A stretch of 64,000 bases of DNA from assembly GCF_040938485.1 (NCBI RefSeq), contig NW_027271426.1, positions 992,001 through 1,056,000 of the forward strand. Direction: 5' to 3'. The DNA is from Diadema antillarum. Its lineage: Eukaryota. Positions 24,459-35,283 of the stretch are shown here, piece by piece. Every line of letters begins with the position of its first letter. Positions within the stretch are counted from its first letter, which is position 1. The notes below the pieces were generated by a model. The model was not told the origin of the DNA. It was given only the letters and a program-made list of their open reading frames with translations, and made no database searches. The translations under genes and the position numbers were made by a program.

Positions 24459-27400
24459 CACAGTTTCATGTTGAGGAATGGTGCAACTCTGCATCCTCTA
24501 GAGCACAGATCAGCTGGATTGAGTGCAGATTCGACATGTCGCCATTGGTTCACTCGCGATCCATCTTTAATTACGGCGATCCTGTTTGCCACAAAGGTTT
24601 TGAACCGTGCTGTCTCACTTCTGATGTACCTGAGCACTGTCATGCTATCAGTCCAAAAATATGTGTCATCCACAGGTACATGTACACCAAGCTCCTCCTT
24701 TACCAGCCGATTGATTCGCACTGCTACTGTCGCAGCTGTTAGCTCCATTCGAGGGATGGAAATCTGCTTCAAAGGGGCTACTCTTGCCTTGCTCATCAGG
24801 AAGCTGCATTTCACTTCGCCCTGGTCGTTCACTGTCCTGATGTATGATACAGTGCCATAACCTTTCTCGCTGGCGTCGGCAAAGTGGTGGAGGGTGATTG
24901 ACTTCGCTGCCCTGAAAGGCCCCGGCATTAGACATCTAGGCATCTTGAATTCTGACAGATGTGGGAGTTCCCGTTGCCATGTTTGCCATTTCCTCAGCAA
25001 CTCTGATGGGATAGGTTCATCCCACCCTAGTCCCAGCCGACACAATGTCTGTAGAAGCTGCTTTGCTTGCAATGTGACTGGAGACACACATCCAATGGGG
25101 TCAAACAGAGCACAAACTGTGGAGAGAATTCCTCTTCTAGTAGGTGGTCGTTCTTTCATCTGGATTTTGAATCCAAAAGCATCATCTTCTGTGTGCCATA
25201 ACATGCCAAGTGCTCTCTCGGTTGGCATTCCTCCTTCCTCAAAATTGAAATCCTTGACAACCTTCGCTCTCTCCTCAGCTGGGATCTGCTCCAGGACTTC
25301 TCTCTTGTTGCTGTTCCACTTTGTTAAGTGAAATCCCCCCTTTTGACACGTCTTTGTCAGCTCTTCTGTCGTCTCAATTGCCTTTTCCACTGAATCGGTA
25401 GAATACAAGCAATCATCGACGTAGAAATTACGGTGAATGATTTCTACTACATCCCTAAATGATGACTTCACATGCTCATCCGCCGTTCTCTGCAATGCGT
25501 AGTTTGCGCATGATGGAGAAGAAATAGCGCCAAACACATGTACGCACATACGATACTCGATCAGCGGCTGTTGAAAGTCCCCATCCTTCCACCACAAAAA
25601 TCTCAGGAAATCTCTATCTACCCTGGGCACTAGGACCTGAGAAAACATTGCCTCTATGTCAGCCATGATGGCTACCTCTCCCAGTCTGAATCTTGTCAGC
25701 ACTCCGAATAGACTGTTGGTCAAATCCGGCCCCTTTAGGAGTTCGTGGTTTAGGGACGCTCCATGATATTGCGCTGAGCAGTCGTACACTACCCTCAGTT
25801 TGCCTTTCTGTGGGTGCAGGACTCCGTGATGTGGCAGGTACCAGACTTTTCCCTTTGTCCCTGTCAACTCCTGCTCTCCTATCTTTTCAGCGTATCTGCT
25901 CTGAATTGTTGTCTCCATGCACTCCTTGTATTTCTGATGGAAATCAGGCTGTCTTTGGAACTTCCTTTTCAGATGTTCAAGTCTCTGTTCGGCGAGAGGC
26001 CTGTTATTTGGCAAGTCTATCTCCCTTCTGAATGGGAGTCCTATCTCATAGTGCTGATCACGAAGCCTGATCGTCTTTCCTACATCTCTCAGAAATTTCT
26101 CGTCCTCTACGGAAATCTCCTCCTTGTCATTCGACAGCAGCTCTGTAAAATCTGTGTTGTATAGACTGCTCAACTTCTCTTGAATGTCATCCAAGCCTTT
26201 AACCTGAGCTCTATGCGAGGTGATCCACTGTCGCTTCCTATTGTCATGCCTCTGACATCCATACACCATCCATCCTAATCTTGATTGACACGCGAATGGC
26301 CCACCATCTTGGCTGCTGATGACTCGCAAGGGCTCAAATGCCTTTGGCACATTGTTTCCTATCAATATGTCCACTTCAGCGTCTATCTCTGGCATTTCTA
26401 CTTCCTGTAGATACGACCACTTCTCCAAATCGACCTTTCTCGGGATATCGTCCTTGGATACGGGTATAGATGCCCTAGTATAGACCTCAGGAAGGGAAAA
26501 GTCATCTTTCCCGTTGATGTTGCATATTTCCAGATCATGTAATACGTGTGTTCGTACCACCTTCTCATCAGTCATGGTTTGCAGATGTATCATCCTTGAC
26601 TTTCCTTTAACCTGCAACCTTTCCTTCAGTGCTTCAGTGCAGAATGTCCCATTGCTGCCACTGTCAATGAAGGCATATGTGTTTACTTCTCTGCCAGTTG
26701 CCCTTGATCGCACCACCACAGGAATAATGGCTGGCTGTGCATCCATTGTTACTCCACGATTCGTCATCGAGCAAGTATGGTTCTCCACAACTCGTGTTCC
26801 TTCTCCATTCCTTGTTGACTGCACTCCAGTGTCAGATTCCCTTTCTTTCCTTTGAGTTGTTTCAGATTCAGCATTCTCTACCTGGCTCTGAGCTTCAGAC
26901 TTCCTCTCATCTGAGTGTGCAGGATTCCTATGTAGCACTGTAGGGTGATTATTCTGACACAGCTCACATTTCAACCTTTCTTTACAGTCCTTGGAGAAAT
27001 GAGATCCTCGGAGACAAGCAAAGCATAAACCCTTCATGCGACAAAATTGCACCTTCTGATCATGGGGCTTCTTGGTGAAAATTCGGCAGTCTGTCAGGTG
27101 ATGATTGTCCTTGTTACAATACAAGCACTTCTTCCTTTCATCATTCTTTAGAACAGTGCTGAAACTCTGCCTTGGTTTTGAAGGAGTAGCCTTGGATGGG
27201 TTAGCACGTCCCTCGCCTGACTTTGGTGTTCCTGTTATATCACCATACAATGGGTTGTTTACAATTCGTGATTGCCTACTCACGAAACGCACCACATCAG
27301 CAAATGTCAGGGGTTCTTCATGTACTTCCTGTATGGTGTCGACAGTGTACCTCCATTTGTCTCGAAGCTTGAATGGCAGCTTAGATATCACCATCTTAAT

Positions 27401-28402
27401 GTGCTGTGTGTGATTGATTTCTTGTTCAAGCTGCAAGTCCTTGGCCAAATTGCTCAGCTCGGTCACAAATAGTGTGTAGCTCTGTAATCCTTCAGCATCC
27501 TCATTCTTCACGTTTGGCCAAGCTTCAGCTTTCTTCATCATTCTGTCGAGGACCTGATGCTTATTACCAAACTTCTTCCCCAACAATGCCTTTGCCTTGA
27601 TGAAAGCCTGCTGATGGTTGTCACCATACATACAGCTCCTCACAACTTCATTAGCCTCACCTCTTGTGTACTGTTCCAAGAAGTACAGCCTGTCTGAGTT
27701 ATCGGTAGTCTTGGATTCAATCACATGTTCAAATGCCCTCATGAAACTGTGGAAATACATGGGATTTCCATCAAAGGGTTGCACATTCCTCTGTGGTAAC
27801 GATGACTTCATATGACACTCCAACAGAAGCTGTGTGAGTTGATTTTGCTGCATCTGTACCTCTGTCAAGTGACTGGCCGCATTTACATCTGCTCTTGAAT
27901 CTCCTTCTGCAGGACTGCCTGTGATTGGGTTTGGTGTCTGGCTATGAACTTGCACTGGTGTTGCTGGAATGGGATTAAAGGCTCGAGGGAATGGTCCTTC
28001 AAACTGCTTCATGGCGTCTGCCTTTGCAGTAGCTGCAGCAAGTTCTATTTCAACTTCCATTTGTTCCTTTCTCCTTAGCAGTTCTTGTTCCTCCCTTTCG
28101 AGGGCCTGTCTCCTCTTCAATCCTTCCAACTTCACCATCAGTTCTGCCTTCCTCCCAGCAGCCTCCATGAGCACACTGGTCACGCTGGTCTTTGAATTAC
28201 CTGATGCTTGTGACACACTATCCATAGCATGTACCTCATCACACTTCGTTGGGGGCGGCATTGCTCCGTGTGACTCCTCAGTCTCTAAATTTGTCCCAGG
28301 GAAATCTGAATCTACTGGCATCCATGGATCCATGCTCTGCAGAACAACACTTGGTTGCAGTGAACCATCTAATAACTTCGAACTTGGAATTGGTTCCTCC
28401 AT
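24458..28402 (-). CDS. BEL/Pao gag-protease-RT-RNaseH polyprotein, 1314 aa to the frameshift
   Basis: FDGNP gag motif, three Cys/His knuckles (CLYC..H..C, CFAC..H..C, CELC..HPTVLH), FIDSGS protease, WYLPHHGV, YVDD, FADASEKGYG, WTDSMTV, NPADLCSRG. Confidence 0.95.
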   Translation of the reverse strand: MEEPIPSSKLLDGSLQPSVVLQSMDPWMPVDSDFPGTNLETEESHGAMPPPTKCDEVHAMDSVSQASGNSKTSVTSVLMEAAGRKAELMVKLEGLKRRQALEREEQELLRRKEQMEVEIELAAATAKADAMKQFEGPFPRAFNPIPATPVQVHSQTPNPITGSPAEGDSRADVNAASHLTEVQMQQNQLTQLLLECHMKSSLPQRNVQPFDGNPMYFHSFMRAFEHVIESKTTDNSDRLYFLEQYTRGEANEVVRSCMYGDNHQQAFIKAKALLGKKFGNKHQVLDRMMKKAEAWPNVKNEDAEGLQSYTLFVTELSNLAKDLQLEQEINHTQHIKMVISKLPFKLRDKWRYTVDTIQEVHEEPLTFADVVRFVSRQSRIVNNPLYGDITGTPKSGEGRANPSKATPSKPRQSFSTVLKNDERKKCLYCNKDNHHLTDCRIFTKKPHDQKVQFCRMKGLCFACLRGSHFSKDCKERLKCELCQNNHPTVLHRNPAHSDERKSEAQSQVENAESETTQRKERESDTGVQSTRNGEGTRVVENHTCSMTNRGVTMDAQPAIIPVVVRSRATGREVNTYAFIDSGSNGTFCTEALKERLQVKGKSRMIHLQTMTDEKVVRTHVLHDLEICNINGKDDFSLPEVYTRASIPVSKDDIPRKVDLEKWSYLQEVEMPEIDAEVDILIGNNVPKAFEPLRVISSQDGGPFACQSRLGWMVYGCQRHDNRKRQWITSHRAQVKGLDDIQEKLSSLYNTDFTELLSNDKEEISVEDEKFLRDVGKTIRLRDQHYEIGLPFRREIDLPNNRPLAEQRLEHLKRKFQRQPDFHQKYKECMETTIQSRYAEKIGEQELTGTKGKVWYLPHHGVLHPQKGKLRVVYDCSAQYHGASLNHELLKGPDLTNSLFGVLTRFRLGEVAIMADIEAMFSQVLVPRVDRDFLRFLWWKDGDFQQPLIEYRMCVHVFGAISSPSCANYALQRTADEHVKSSFRDVVEIIHRNFYVDDCLYSTDSVEKAIETTEELTKTCQKGGFHLTKWNSNKREVLEQIPAEERAKVVKDFNFEEGGMPTERALGMLWHTEDDAFGFKIQMKERPPTRRGILSTVCALFDPIGCVSPVTLQAKQLLQTLCRLGLGWDEPIPSELLRKWQTWQRELPHLSEFKMPRCLMPGPFRAAKSITLHHFADASEKGYGTVSYIRTVNDQGEVKCSFLMSKARVAPLKQISIPRMELTAATVAVRINRLVKEELGVHVPVDDTYFWTDSMTVLRYIRSETARFKTFVANRIAVIKDGSRVNQWRHVESALNPADLCSRGCRVAPFLNMKL

Positions 28403-29593
28403 TTGTGTATCTCCAACAAAGCTTACCAGTGTGTGAAGATCAAATAGGTTCTAGACGAGAGAGCCTCTCACGTCCTTCCTACTATTTACTAGTGATCCTG
28501 CCTCTGAATGTGGACCTGATGTGCGAGATGCTTATCCTTCATCTGCTACCTCTCCCATCTGTATTGCAAAGTTCTCAATTTACTTTCACAACTACTGGTA
28601 GAACCTTCTTCTGATCTTGCTTTATATCATAGATGGTCCTCCTCCTTCCTATTTGTTTGAAGTCTGATCCTGTCTTCTACCTACTTCCTGTGCAACCCAG
28701 TAGCTGTTCCTCATTGCGCAGCCTTGCCTCTATGACTACGATCCTCTTTCAAGGCTAATTCTGTTCCATATTTATGTGCCTTGGTTTGCATTTCTCTAAT
28801 CATCTTTCTCATTTGTTCATTTAGGTTCTATTGTTGTTGATGTGCAATCCATTCCACAATATGCTGTAGGTCTACATCTGACTAGAGTGTACAGTTCTTG
28901 GGTCTTGTAGTCAAATACCAGATAGTAGATCCAAAATACCATATCCAGACATAAGTCCTGTCTCATATCCTTCTCCTTGGTATCATTGACATTAGACTTT
29001 TAGAGTCATAGACTTGGTCCCACATTTCAGTCTCTGGACAGAATGCTTTGTTCACTCAATATGTTTTCTACTGCTTATTTCATCTTTTATGAACTCATCT
29101 TATTAGGTAGGTTCTACCATGTGTATGTAGGGCTGTACCTGTACCTAATTCTATAGAGTACGATAATATTTCACAAGACGTATGCCTGCCTTTATCCAGC
29201 AGGGCAAAATGTACACTGCACTGTATTCTAACGTTGTTAGTGCCTGTACAAGTACTCACAGTCACACTCGCAGTTCACCTAGCAAATCCAAACACTGAAA
29301 CCATTGCCATTGTCATTCCATTTGTTGCATCTGACTCTGTGTTGGCTCCAGTTGAACTCGCCTCAATGTAACGTTACTCTGTTAGACCGTCGAGGGTGGG
29401 TAGTGACCAACGTTATGCTGTCATCATAAATGCCTTGACTCGTTGAGAGTTGAAATGTAGATTTCTAGCAGTTCTGATCCTCAATATCCAACTCAAAATC
29501 GTAATAACTGCTACTGCTAGACCTGTCCCTTTAACTCATCGAGTCATGAACTGTGCAGCTGAACAGCTAACCAAAGTTTCCTTTAACTAAGAA

Positions 29594-30275
29594 TGTACGC
29601 GCCGAGGTCCTATGTGTGATCTTGTGACTTTGTGTATGTTGTCCACCATTAAATACACATGTTCATCCTTCCTTTCAGCTGTTCCTTTCACTCTCGACGT
29701 TTCACGTACACACAGTCACAGACGGTAGGGGGGTATTCGCCGTACTAAACAGCCACACGCCTACAGGCACCTTACACGCTCCCATATACTGACATCGATG
29801 TTTCTTCCGTGCTATGTAACAGCATCCTAAACCTCCTAATAGCTGTACTGCGCACCAACACACTGTTCATCGTGCACCACACCGTTGATTGTCGTACTCA
29901 CATGCGACACACGCAGTGATAGTAATCACAGATTTGGATCTCATCTGGCGGTCAAATGAACAATTCCCTTCCTTTTATTTTGATCCAAACCAAGTGGCAA
30001 ATATCACACAATATGAGCAAAGAAAACAACGTAAGCAATGAGAGGTTAAAGGAAACTTGTAGGTTTCCACCCCTACCTCTGGTTCTCTACCTTCTGCTCT
30101 TCATGACCCTTTTCCTGCCTATCTCTAACAGCAGTCTTCACTTCACCTCTGAAGCTCTTTTCTTACCCTGGCGCCTCACCTCTCCTCTCTCCCTAACAAC
30201 CAACATACATGTGACTTTTCCTATGTTCAACACTAGATGGCGCAAATGAAACAAATGCATGGAACGGCTCCTACA
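29594..30275 (-). repeat. 5' LTR of BEL element
   Basis: 682 bp TG...CA with a minus-strand AATAAA at about 29974-29979. Confidence 0.95.
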
Positions 30276-30735
30276 AGTCTTATCAAGGAGCTTCAAAGCT
30301 CCTTGGTCTTATGTTATTCAAAATTCAAACTTGTGTTATGAACACATATATTCATATTTCAATTAGACTGATTACAAAATTGTGATCTAGTTCAGTAACA
30401 ATGCATGTCATAACGCGTTACAACTTTTTGCCCATATTCATATAAAAACGTGCTAATAGCAACTAACAGGTGATAGACTTATGGTATGTCTATAGGATTT
30501 AGGAAATTAGGAGCAGGGTAGGTTAGATTCGTATCATGGTTGTACCTGAAGAGACCCATACTACAGCTTCATTAAATTTTGTATAATGAAATACTAATTG
30601 ACTTAGCTGTCACGATGTAAGAATCAAGTCAAAATCGTTCATTTTTCTTTATCTATTTGCGTAAAAAAGACGTCTTTAACGACATGTAAACGACATGTTT
30701 ATGGTTGACGTGATAATAATCTTGTCATTAAAGTA

Positions 30736-30807
30736 CTCTGCAAAAAGTCCGGTGTTAAATAGTGAACACCCGTGGTGTTAAATCTAACACCGATGTTTTT
30801 TACAGTG
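30736..30807. mobile_element. 72-bp minimal derivative of the CACTA-like MITE at 13746-14228
   Basis: Left ~35 bp and right ~43 bp match the ends of the larger copy, joined at aacacc; TA on both flanks. Confidence 0.8.
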
Positions 30808-31303
30808 TAGTAATTTGCACTCTATAATGACCACCTAGACGTCAGACAGACGTCACAAATAATACTTCCATTTGAGCAAATATCATACGACATTTTGACG
30901 TCAGTTTGAGACGTCTAAATGACGTCCATTATCTTTGTTTATTGTCGCCAAAAGAATTCAAAAAGTAATTCACGTGTCTTTTTGACGTCTTTACGGTATG
31001 ACCACCTATGCTCTTTGGTCATAAAATAAGCTCAGCGGAGAGCAGTCTCTCGTTATCGCAAAAAGTCAAAGCCCATTGGCTTATTGTTCGCGCGCTTGGG
31101 GACTCTCCCCCTCGGTGATACTGCGCATGCGTATTCGAAAGATGGGTTTCAGTTACTAGTAGTCTGCTTCTGTAGGCCTACTGAATAAAACAAGATTCAA
31201 ACTTTTTTGTTTGTTTGTTTCAACAAAAGAAATATGATCTCTTCTTATCAACCGATTCGTTTAAAGTCTAGTGAGCAGTATTGCATTAATGAAGAAGCAT
31301 AGG

Positions 31304-31700
31304 GGGGAGCTGTGGCATAGTATATAAGACTCCCGACTCCCGATCGGAGGATCCCCGAGTTCGAATCCCACCCAGTGCTTACTTGGACACGACATGTTTT
31401 ACCCACGTCCCTCTCGACCCAGAGGGTTGTTTCACAAAACTGTTCTTAAAGTTATGAAGGACTTAAGAACGACCGGTGATCAGTTCTTGTCCCGATTGAG
31501 ATTCTGATAAGTGTAGCACATAAGAACTGATCACCAGTCGTTCTTCTGAGTCCTTCGTAACTTTAAGAACAGCTTTGTGAAACACCCCCTGGTGTATAAA
31601 TGGGTACCTAGCTGGCAACGCTATGGTAATAATACTAGTAATGGCAGGGCCCTCTGGTAGAGCAGTGGCAACACTGAAGAGGCTACCCTGGGTAACTAAG
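31304..31700 (+). mobile_element. tRNA-derived SINE (same family as 545-760) interrupted by a palindromic MITE at 31420-31591
   Basis: B-box gttcgaatcc; SINE body resumes at gtgtataaatgggtacc after the insertion. MITE arms gtttcacaaa.ctgttcttaaagtta..aaggact are mirrored. Confidence 0.8.
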
Positions 31701-31939
31701 ACCTTATTATCATTATTATATTAATCTAAATGTTTTCCATTTTGTGTTTAAATGTCTCGACAAGGCTGGTTCCTGGTTCCATTTGAAAATTATTGAGTGA
31801 ATTAATGGGAGCTTCAACCCATTTCGTGTTCAAACTTTTCTTAGTGAGTTTCCAGAACTGGTCAGCATCATTATGAAATCATTAACTTGCTTGAATTTTG
31901 CAGTTAAAATTTAGAATTGCATGCATTTAATCAATTTAT

Positions 31940-32350
31940 AATAAACAGTATTATAGAAAACAGAAATGGTTAATTTAGTCTAGTTATCACAGACTAATTC
32001 ATATTGTTAGCAACCTTTTGTCCGAAACTAATGCCGAGGCTTTCCGAAAGCGGTTCGGAACGATAATAGCTTGGCGTCGTTTCGATTACATTCACGTCGC
32101 TTCTCCTCATCTGGTAAGTTCTATATGAACAGTGGAATGTTTTGTTGAAATATGTCCGTTAGGTGCTTATTTCACCACTGAGAATTATATTGGCATTTCT
32201 GGCGCATATCTTTTGTTTAGAGGTTTATAGTGAGGTCGTAAAGTTGCTTCGTGAACCATGATTTAATCCATAATATTCAAGCAAAAATGCATGCAGCGAC
32301 TAGATCATCGATGTGTTGATGTGTGTGTGTGTTTTCTGCACTATTCAGTG
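31940..32350 (+). promoter_or_regulatory. Putative promoter and non-coding first exon of SR gene copy B
   Basis: Inverted homology to 11750-12310. Consensus donor ctg|gtaagt after 32113; acceptor cctag| at 35273, 10 nt before the ATG. Confidence 0.6.
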
Positions 32351-32660
32351 GGCATTCGCTGTGTGGTAACCCTAACCCCGTCGCGGGGCGCTGTAAGATG
32401 TAACTAGTCGCTGGTGCGGTTAGATGTGTGGTAGATGCTATTTGTTACTCTGTTTACGGTTACATGACTCTCTCTCTCTGTAGTAACTCAACATATACTA
32501 AAAAATGCGTCAAATTCAAATACCATTACCAGATCCTCTAAATACTCGTGATACAGACTACCAATACTGCAAATATAAACATGGTCAGGTATTCTGTCTG
32601 AGAGAAAATTAGTTTTGAATATATACAATATAGAACTTGTAACAAGGTCTATGGTGTAAC

Positions 32661-33479
32661 CAGAGTCGGCAGAGACTCCAACCCAATTATCAAAGTATGG
32701 AGGTGTATCCTATTACCGAACGATTTTTATTTAATTTATCCAGACGGGCAACATTATGCTTCAATTTAGCTAAAGATCTCCCAGAAGATAATTAAAATTC
32801 TGATGAATTTAGCTGTATCAGTATTATTTGAAAACTAAGCCACGCACTTAACAAAATCTGTATTTCAAAAACCGTGTCTTTTTACCGACGCAAATCGTAT
32901 TGTATTTACCGAACATGCCCCTGTGTATGGGGAAACTTAGGCATTGCATTTTCGGTCAATGTTATTAACGCAGAATAACAAACATCAACATTTCAGCGAT
33001 TATTACTAAAATTTTCTGTTTTTTGCTGCAGTTTAGCAATTTTGTGCACCGGCCTCCCTTGTGAGATAACAGCGCGTGCGTAGTGCAATGGATGCGTGCG
33101 TATACGAGTTGTTTTAACGCGCTTCCATTGAAAATGTACGTGTTCGGTAATAGGATACTGTTCGGTAATAGGATACCTGCCTATACCTTCTGATCTGGAG
33201 ATTCTCCCGCCTGAAACCCCTACTAGCAAACGGGAGACTCAAAGTCGATGTGTGCGAAGCGCGAAATTCCCAGGGTTCTAGATGCTCTCTGATGCTATCT
33301 AACTAAGGCTTACTTTTTCAACATACGCTAGAAATGGATAATCTAAGAAATCCTTTCCAACGGGAGACAAAGAGTCAGGGCGGGAGAAATCAAATCTCAA
33401 AAGGGAGAACGGGAGATTTTGCAAAAATGGGTTTTCGGCGGGAGATCTCCCATCGAAAACGGGAGAGTTGGAGTCTCTG
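32661..33479. mobile_element. hAT-like non-autonomous element with a nested MITE (about 32700-33180)
   Basis: cagagactccaac / gttggagtctctg inverted ends with tgtaac on both flanks; nested TIR gtatcctattaccgaac / gttcggtaataggatac. Confidence 0.6.
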
Positions 33480-33689
33480 TGTAACGTTAAATCTTGTGTT
33501 GTGTGTTGACTGTTGCCAAAGTTGGGAAATACGGAATAAGACCTATTAGAGTAGTCTACTGTATATGCTAATTTTTATATAAAGCTTATGGAATTTACAG
33601 CAAATTTCAGAACAGTGTCGAGGTCAAAATATCTGGAGATGACTTGAAATATGATTTTTAGCTTAAAATAGAATAAAAATGGAACAAAT

Positions 33690-34190
33690 TGGGCTACTTA
33701 ACCTTTTTGCGAGATACCAAGAAAACGATTATGAAATAGTACAGAGCCAGACATACTTGCGAACTCTACCGTATTTGGCGGTAGGCTACCGCTTTTGAAA
33801 GATTTCATTAGCATTCAAGCTAGCGCTGCTCACATAGGCATCCTGGATTGTACCGCTTTCTCAAATGAAAATGTTGGCAAGTATGGCCAGAGCATATCAT
33901 TTTAAGAGGAATTCAAAGTTATTTGATGAAAATTGGGTTCGAAATAGCTGACACATCCAAAAACAAAACGATCTTAATAAAATGTGGGTCCCACACTTTA
34001 TTAGGATCACTCTGTTGTGGATATCTCAGCCATTTCAAAATCAATTTTCATCAAATAAATGTTGAAATCCTCATGGAATTACATGCTCTTTCATATTTCG
34101 CAAGAGGTTTCTCACTATCACCAAAAAAAAAAAAAAAAAAAATGATAAAAACCTGAAGTTAAGTCTCTCTCAACCAAAACTATACAATCC
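33690..34190 (-). mobile_element. Kolobok-like MITE, inverted copy of the family at 53360-53734
   Basis: Shared internal palindrome aataaaatgtgggtcccacactttatt and flanking sequence in reverse orientation. Confidence 0.65.
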
Positions 34191-35283
34191 CAATGCATAA
34201 ATACAGAAAGGGCACACAACTAAAAATTGATGTAAACACATTTTAACGCAACTATGGTTAGATCTACGAAGAATTGACTGATGTATTGTTTTTCGTGATT
34301 TTCAGCAGCATTTTCCGGGTCATTTCCAATAAGACAAAATGATTGGTGATGTATACCCTTTTGGTACTGATTACAGACTGCAAATGTATATCACAGAAGA
34401 TGCCATTGTGTCTTGGCATGGCTGATTAAATCACAATTTGAAATGTGCTTAAAATCCCACATGTCATTTTACATTAATTTTTTGGTGAATATGACCATTT
34501 TCGAATGCATAAATCAGCTATTGAACATTTCGTTTATAAAAGTTTTTAGGTAACCCATGAAAATATCTAGGTAAATGTCTATCGATACACAGAAATTGGT
34601 GTCGTTCCTCGATGGGACGAGTAGTGATTTGTGACCTCAAGTGAATTTGGCAACTTTTTGAAAACAGCCAAATGTATTAAAGGTGGCCTACAAAAAAAAA
34701 CGATGCATACATTTTGGCCGATTTTTGGTAGGTCTGTAGAGCAAGTGAGAGTCTTTAAATAAGTATGATATTGGGTTCAAAGCTAATTGAATTTTGAAGT
34801 TATCAGCTTCCAAACATGCCCCCCAAAACATTAACTTTGACACTTACTGTAGCACCATTTTCAGTGACCTCTTGTGCAATAACAGATGGTCATATCCGTG
34901 CCATAATATATTGTGCATGTTAAGATCATTGATAAAGCGCTTTCAATTTACAGAAAATAAGCAATGTAACTCTTTCATCAAACTTGGGTGTAGCAGTCAA
35001 TCAAAAATATAGCAAATTTTATTTAAACTTGATTGTTCGACAATGCATTGGTTGCTAAGGGAGGCCGTAACTTAGCAACCGTTTGACCTTGGGGCAAACT
35101 ATTTCAGAATCTTCCATCAGACACTTGGGGGAACATTTAGTGTGAATTTAAAGAAAATCGAAGGGGTCGGGTTAACAGCATTGGTTGATTTGACATGCAT
35201 TGACCCGCCAAGTGACAGTTTTGAAAGCCACAGTTTTCTACAATTTGAGTGTTTCATGTGGTACTGTTCCTAGCTTTGTGATC

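Larger units (their letters stand above)
17353..30275 (-). mobile_element. Full-length BEL/Pao LTR retrotransposon, 12.9 kb
   Basis: Two 682-bp TG...CA LTRs, 5-bp TSD AGTCT (17348-17352 and 30276-30280), and a polyprotein with BEL domain order gag-PR-RT-RH-IN. Confidence 0.97.

Noticed and set aside
28403-29593. Upstream extension of BEL gag in the 1.2-kb leader
   Set aside because: In-frame TAG 17 codons upstream of the ATG and further stops beyond; no recognisable gag motif.
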